Assembly (NCBI GenBank): GCA_041670625.1
Contig: JBAXYX010000001.1
Span: forward strand, 1 to 56,425
Direction: 5' to 3'
From: Lentimicrobiaceae bacterium
GTDB lineage: Bacteria; Bacteroidota; Bacteroidia; Bacteroidales; Lentimicrobiaceae
DNA length: 56,425 nucleotides
In this document: piece by piece, positions 51,456-56,425 of the stretch
Layout of the letters: every line of letters begins with the position of its first letter
Position numbering within the stretch: position 1 is the first letter of the stretch
Position numbers and translations under genes: made by a program
Notes under the pieces: model-generated
What the model saw: the letters and a program-made list of their open reading frames with translations, nothing else
Told to the model about the DNA's origin: nothing
Databases searched by the model: none

Positions 51456-51484
51456 GGTACAATGTTAAATCAATTAATAACAAA

Positions 51485-51517
51485 TGCCGGGATGCAAAGC
51501 TTCGTTTGATCCCGGCA
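51485..51517 (-). terminator. putative terminator after trxA
   Basis: Stem tgccgggat / atcccggca. Confidence 0.55.
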
Positions 51518-51533
51518 CAAGCTTTTATGCCTA

Positions 51534-51851
51534 TTATAATAATTTCTCGAGCTTAGAAGCTAAGACTGACTTTGGAGATACCCCAACGTGTTTATCCACT
51601 ACTTCCCCACCCTTAAAAAACAGAATAGTAGGAATGTTTCGTACGCCATATTTTGCGGTAATAGAAGGATTACCATCAACATCAAGTTTGCCAATCACAG
51701 CTTTACCTTCATATTCGTGACTTAGTTCTTCTACTATAGGGCCAACCATGCGGCAAGGGCCACACCATTCAGCCCATAAATCAACAAGTACAGGTTTATC
51801 GGATTTCAGAACGATTTCTTCAAAATTCGCATCAGTTAACTCAAGTGCCAT
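51534..51851 (-). CDS. trxA: thioredoxin
   Basis: WCGPC active site; TATCTTTG -7 element at 51887-51894. Confidence 0.97.
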   Translation of the reverse strand: MALELTDANFEEIVLKSDKPVLVDLWAEWCGPCRMVGPIVEELSHEYEGKAVIGKLDVDGNPSITAKYGVRNIPTILFFKGGEVVDKHVGVSPKSVLASKLEKLL

Positions 51852-51959
51852 ATCTTTTGTTTTTATATTGTGTTAAAAATAGACTTCAAAGATAACTCAA
51901 TTAATTTTAGCCAACTTCAAAACTGCATGGAATATTTACAAAATAATTTTACAGCTCTG

Positions 51960-54900
51960 TCAGTTCAATACCACATCCACAAATTTCACCTTCTTCACCA
52001 CCTCCGCCACAAATCCGGGCGACACCTGAGTCTTTGATACCATCCTGACATTCACTTTATCGGCTTCATCTACAATCTCAATGTACAAACCACAGGTACC
52101 TTTATGTTTCTTTTGTATAGCGGAGAGCATTGAAATCATTTCTTTATCAACTAAAAAGGCATCAATCCGCAGTGTTACCTTTCTCGTTAAACGTTCCAAT
52201 GCTTCAGCAAGCAGAGTCATGCTGCTTATCTTAAACTCGAAACTTCCATTATTCCTGTAGCTTTGCTTGAAAGTACCATTAATCATAACGGCAGTGCCTT
52301 CAACAAGTAAATGCTTGTAGCGCAGGTAATCCTCTGAAAATAGTGCCAGGTTCACGGTATCCATCATATCCTCCAGGTTGAACATGCCAAAAGCTTTATT
52401 CGTTTTAGATATCAGGTGCCTTGGACCGGTAATAATACCTGCCACTATCATCTGAACACCCACGAACATCTTACTATTCTCTTCCAAAAGATCATTCACC
52501 GTATTCTTGCAAAAGGAGTTTATTTCCAGATCATAATCATTCAAAGGATGACCTGAAATATAAAAGCCTGCTATTTCCTTTTCATGCTTTAACTGCTCAT
52601 AATTACTCCATGGCTCACACTCCGGCAAATTTATTTCAGGCATCTCCACTTCCGATAATTCTCCAAACAAACTTACCTGCATACCCATTTTCTGCGCCTG
52701 GTATTCTGAGGCATTCCTGATTACTTTTTCAAGGAAGGTAGGTCCGTCAACTGATTCCTTATAAAAATACTGTGCTCTGTGTGAATTGGGGAAACCATCA
52801 AAAGCGCCTGACATAGCCAGCACTTCAATGCTCTTACGATTAACAGTACGCAGGTTAACCCTTCGCGTTAAATCGAAAATATTATGGTATGGCCCGTTTG
52901 CCTCCCGCTCTTCAATCAATGCACTAACGGCATTTTCCCCTATTCCTTTAATCCCGCCAATTCCAAATCGTATTTGATTCTTTTGATTAACAGTAAATTT
53001 ATTCCCCGATTCATTCACATCAGGCCCCAGAACTGACATACCCATCCGTTTTATTTCATCAATAAAAAAGGTAATCTTTTTCTGGTCGTTTAAACTGTGT
53101 GTTAACACAGCCGCCATATATTCAGCAGGGTAATGCGCCTTCATGTAGGCAGTCTGGAAAGCCACGAATGCGTAACAAGTAGAGTGCGACTTATTGAATG
53201 CATAGGATGCGAATGCTTCCCAGTCAGTCCAAATCTTTTCCGATATTTTATTTGAGATGCCGTTAGCAAGGCAACCATCCAAAAACTTTGCCTTGTTCTT
53301 AGCCAACGCATCCATATTTTTCTTACTGATGGCCTTTCGCAACCCGTCGGCATCTCCTTTTGAAAAACCTGCCAATTTTTGCGAAAGCAACATCAACTGT
53401 TCCTGATACACCGTAATGCCATAAGTTTCCTCCAGATATTCCTCCATTTCAGGAGTATCATAGGTAACTTTTTCGCGGCCTAACTTACGTGCAATAAACT
53501 TAGGAATATACTCAATAGGCCCCGGACGATACAACGCATTCATGGCAATCAGATCCTCAAACTTATCAGGTTTAAGCTCCCTCAGGCTTTTTTGCATCCC
53601 CGGCGACTCAAACTGGAAGGTCCCGTTAGTTTCACCTTTTTGATACAACTCAAGGGTTTCCTTATCATCAAGTGGTATTCCGTTAATATCAAGCGTTACA
53701 TGATGATGTTGTTCAATCAACTCCAGGGCATCTCGTATAATACTCAACGTTTTCAAGCCCAGGAAGTCCATCTTAATCACCCCTGCTGCTTCAATTTCCT
53801 TTCCTTCGAACTGAGTAATCAACAAATTCGAATCCTTTGAAGTCAATACGGGGATGATATCAGTCAAATCACAGGGAGCAATAATAATCCCTGCTGCATG
53901 CATACCAGTACTGCGCACACTACCCTCCAGCGATACAGCTTCTTTGAGCACTTCAGCTTTCAGATCATGCCCGGCAGCAAGTTCACGCAACTTTTTAACA
54001 GCTTCAATATCATCAGGTCCATACTGCTCCTTTTCTTTCAGGCTATTTTTACCTAAAAGCGGAGCATTCATTACCCGGTAAAGTTCCGTACCCGGTTTAT
54101 CAGGCACCAACTTTGCTAATGCATTTGAATCACTGAGAGGTAAATCAAGTACGCGAGCCACATCTTTAATCGAACTCTTAGCAGCCATAGTGCCAAAAGT
54201 TACTATTTGAGCCACCTGGTTCCTGCCATACTTCTCCACTACATAATCAATAACTTTTTGCCTGCCCTCATCATCAAAGTCCGTATCAATATCAGGCATA
54301 CTCTTTCTGTCGGGATTTAAAAAACGCTCAAACAGGAGGTTATACTTCAACGGATCAATACTGGTAACTCCTATACAGTAAGCCACCACTGAACCTGCTG
54401 CAGAACCACGCCCCGGCCCTATATATACTCCAAGTTCACGCCCGGCCCTGATAAAGTCAGATACGATAAGGAAGTACCCTGTAAAGCCCATGGAACGAAT
54501 GGTATTAAGCTCAAAGTGAAGCCGCTCCTCAATTTCAGGGGTGATGGTCCCATATCTCTTACGGGCACCCTCAAAAGTAACCTGATACAGGTACTCAAAT
54601 TGATCTGTTTTCCCGTCGGGCAAGGCGAAATATGGAAGCATGATGTCCTTTTTGAGGTTCAGCAGTTCCACCTTATCCGTTATTTCATTGGTATTATCTA
54701 TAGCCTCCGGCAAATCGCTGAATGTGTCAGCCATTTGTTCCGTGGTCTTGAAAAAGAATTGATCATTGTAAAAAGCAAACCGCTTCCCTTTTGCTGAAAC
54801 ATCATCATCATTGTAATCCTTCTGCGATGGCGTACTCTGAAGCTCATTGGTATTTACACACAGTAAAATATCATGTGCATTATAAAAGTCCTGTTCAACA

Positions 54901-55550
54901 TAATGTGAATCATTGGTGGCAATCATCTTCACACCGTATTTGCGTGCAAACCCTACCAGTACCCTGTTTACTTTCTCCTGATCAGCAATACCGTGACGCT
55001 GCAGTTCCACATAATAATCTTCACCAAACAGGTCAAGCCACCATTTAAATATCTTTTCAGCCTCCTCTTCCCCTTTTTGAAGAATGGCACGTGGCACTTC
55101 AGCAGCAAGGCAACAGGTAGTAGCAATAATACCTTTATGGTATTTCAGGATCAATTCCTTATCAATTCGGGGGTATTTGCTGTAAAAGCCATCAATGTAA
55201 CCTAAGGAACAAAGCTTCACCAGGTTATTGTAACCCTCTGTATTCTTTGCCAGAAAAAGCTGGTGAAACCGCTGATCTTTATGCTCCCTTGTAAATTGTT
55301 TCTTATGCCGGTCTTCAACAAGATAAAATTCACATCCTACAATAGGTTTAATAACCGGAGGCTGCCCTTTTTTATTGTATTTTTCAGCTTCCGCTACAAA
55401 CTTGAAAGCACCAAACATATTGCCATGATCGGTTAAGGCAATTCCGGGCATTCCGTTATCTACTGCCTTTTTAAACATTTGTCCGATATCAGATGCTCCA
55501 TCCAATATCGAATATTTTGAGTGTACGTGTAAATGTGAAAACCTGCTCAT
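51960..55550 (-). CDS. dnaE: DNA polymerase III alpha subunit
   Basis: PHP domain (HLHVHS, TDHG, TNDSHY), GRGSAAGS, MPDIDTDF, KMDFLGL, YAFNKSH, QVSLF clamp-binding motif. Confidence 0.97.
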   Translation of the reverse strand: MSRFSHLHVHSKYSILDGASDIGQMFKKAVDNGMPGIALTDHGNMFGAFKFVAEAEKYNKKGQPPVIKPIVGCEFYLVEDRHKKQFTREHKDQRFHQLFLAKNTEGYNNLVKLCSLGYIDGFYSKYPRIDKELILKYHKGIIATTCCLAAEVPRAILQKGEEEAEKIFKWWLDLFGEDYYVELQRHGIADQEKVNRVLVGFARKYGVKMIATNDSHYVEQDFYNAHDILLCVNTNELQSTPSQKDYNDDDVSAKGKRFAFYNDQFFFKTTEQMADTFSDLPEAIDNTNEITDKVELLNLKKDIMLPYFALPDGKTDQFEYLYQVTFEGARKRYGTITPEIEERLHFELNTIRSMGFTGYFLIVSDFIRAGRELGVYIGPGRGSAAGSVVAYCIGVTSIDPLKYNLLFERFLNPDRKSMPDIDTDFDDEGRQKVIDYVVEKYGRNQVAQIVTFGTMAAKSSIKDVARVLDLPLSDSNALAKLVPDKPGTELYRVMNAPLLGKNSLKEKEQYGPDDIEAVKKLRELAAGHDLKAEVLKEAVSLEGSVRSTGMHAAGIIIAPCDLTDIIPVLTSKDSNLLITQFEGKEIEAAGVIKMDFLGLKTLSIIRDALELIEQHHHVTLDINGIPLDDKETLELYQKGETNGTFQFESPGMQKSLRELKPDKFEDLIAMNALYRPGPIEYIPKFIARKLGREKVTYDTPEMEEYLEETYGITVYQEQLMLLSQKLAGFSKGDADGLRKAISKKNMDALAKNKAKFLDGCLANGISNKISEKIWTDWEAFASYAFNKSHSTCYAFVAFQTAYMKAHYPAEYMAAVLTHSLNDQKKITFFIDEIKRMGMSVLGPDVNESGNKFTVNQKNQIRFGIGGIKGIGENAVSALIEEREANGPYHNIFDLTRRVNLRTVNRKSIEVLAMSGAFDGFPNSHRAQYFYKESVDGPTFLEKVIRNASEYQAQKMGMQVSLFGELSEVEMPEINLPECEPWSNYEQLKHEKEIAGFYISGHPLNDYDLEINSFCKNTVNDLLEENSKMFVGVQMIVAGIITGPRHLISKTNKAFGMFNLEDMMDTVNLALFSEDYLRYKHLLVEGTAVMINGTFKQSYRNNGSFEFKISSMTLLAEALERLTRKVTLRIDAFLVDKEMISMLSAIQKKHKGTCGLYIEIVDEADKVNVRMVSKTQVSPGFVAEVVKKVKFVDVVLN

Positions 55551-55763
55551 TCGTTATTTTAATCTGTGCTCCTTAGTATCAATAAGGTATGTTTTTTCAA
55601 TTCTGTTGGTAAAATTAACTAAATACCCTTGCCGGAAACCCGATGTTCATAAATATTATAAACACTTAACCGCGCTTTAATTGTTATACTTTAACAGGTT
55701 TTTGAAAGCTTTATTAACAAACATATACCTAAAACATCCTATTTTTGCCCAAAATTTCATACC

Positions 55764-56425
55764 TTGAATCACTCATTTACTAAAAGGCTCAGCAGGAACA
55801 AAGCTATACTATTATCCATTACGGCAATACTTGTGCTTTTGGTAGTGCTGTTTTTCACCTTTCGCAATACCATTTTGCGCAAAGTGATCAATAGTAAAAT
55901 ACAGTCTGTTGAAAATAAATACAACTTAAATATAAACTACTCGGATGTCGGCTTTTCAGGATTAAGTACCGTAAATATATCCCGGATATCCGTGGTGCCT
56001 GTAAACAGGGATACATTAGCCTCTGTTGAAGCCATATCCGTTAAAATTAAGCCCTTTGACCTTTTGCTCAATCGGTTACGATTTGCTAATTTAACGGTTA
56101 CTCGTTCGCTCATCAGTCTTAAACGTACCGGCACTATCAGCAATTATTTGTTCCTGCTTGATCAAAAGAAGGATACCTCTGTCTCCATCGGTCCTTCTGA
56201 AAAAGACTATGGCTCACGGATATCCGTTCTGGTAAATGCTATTTTCAACCATGTTCCTTCAACAACGGTTATTAATGAGTTCAAGATTACGGCATCGATT
56301 GATTCAAACTCCTTTTCGTTCTATTTTCCCAGGTTGCAGGTAAGCAACAGATATTTCAGCACAACAGCCCGGGTTACTGATGACCATGCCAGCCAAAACT
56401 GGAAGATTGCCGGTCTCCTTGATTC
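55764..56425 (+). CDS. membrane-anchored protein, 3'-partial (runs off the window; resembles N-termini of Bacteroidota transglycosylase-domain proteins)
   Basis: Open frame from TTG 55764 with TM segment AILLSITAILVLLVVLFFTF and no stop seen before the window end; TATTTTTG -7 element at 55740-55747. Confidence 0.65.
   Translation, partial: MNHSFTKRLSRNKAILLSITAILVLLVVLFFTFRNTILRKVINSKIQSVENKYNLNINYSDVGFSGLSTVNISRISVVPVNRDTLASVEAISVKIKPFDLLLNRLRFANLTVTRSLISLKRTGTISNYLFLLDQKKDTSVSIGPSEKDYGSRISVLVNAIFNHVPSTTVINEFKITASIDSNSFSFYFPRLQVSNRYFSTTARVTDDHASQNWKIAGLLD

Noticed and set aside
51960-55550. Intein or split in dnaE
   Set aside because: Normal length (1196 aa), contiguous motifs and no intein splice signatures noticed.
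55937-56143. 68-aa minus-strand ORF
   Set aside because: Antisense to the open plus-strand frame starting at 55764.

Overview
AT-rich chromosomal window from a Bacteroidota (Bacteroidales-like) genome, judged from the TAnnTTTG -7 promoter elements, the V-type ATPase operon layout and the zapA-6S-rny arrangement. Most of it is housekeeping: LolCE/LolA-like ABC genes, a TonB-dependent receptor, pcm-GT2-miaA, tig-clpP-clpX, a V/A-type ATPase, znuACB, guaA, a hybrid kinase with a sigma54 regulator, S41 and rhomboid proteases, an NSS transporter, rny, trxA and dnaE. The main accessory locus (12897-15361) has three nested layers. A decayed IS5-family element is interrupted by a 1444-bp IS4-family element with perfect 19-bp TIRs and a 9-bp target duplication. 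The middle of the IS4 transposase is replaced by an intact DUF6266-like gene, flanked upstream by a CG array with 10-11 bp period plus a sigma54-like box, and downstream by a 7-nt-periodic array. The end of a second IS4-type element at the window start truncates an ABC permease. Other points are a LysM gene split by a 1-bp frameshift, an unannotated 46-aa membrane ORF coupled to the NSS transporter, and a 20-bp tandem repeat. Family assignments come from recognising sequence motifs by eye; no database search was run.
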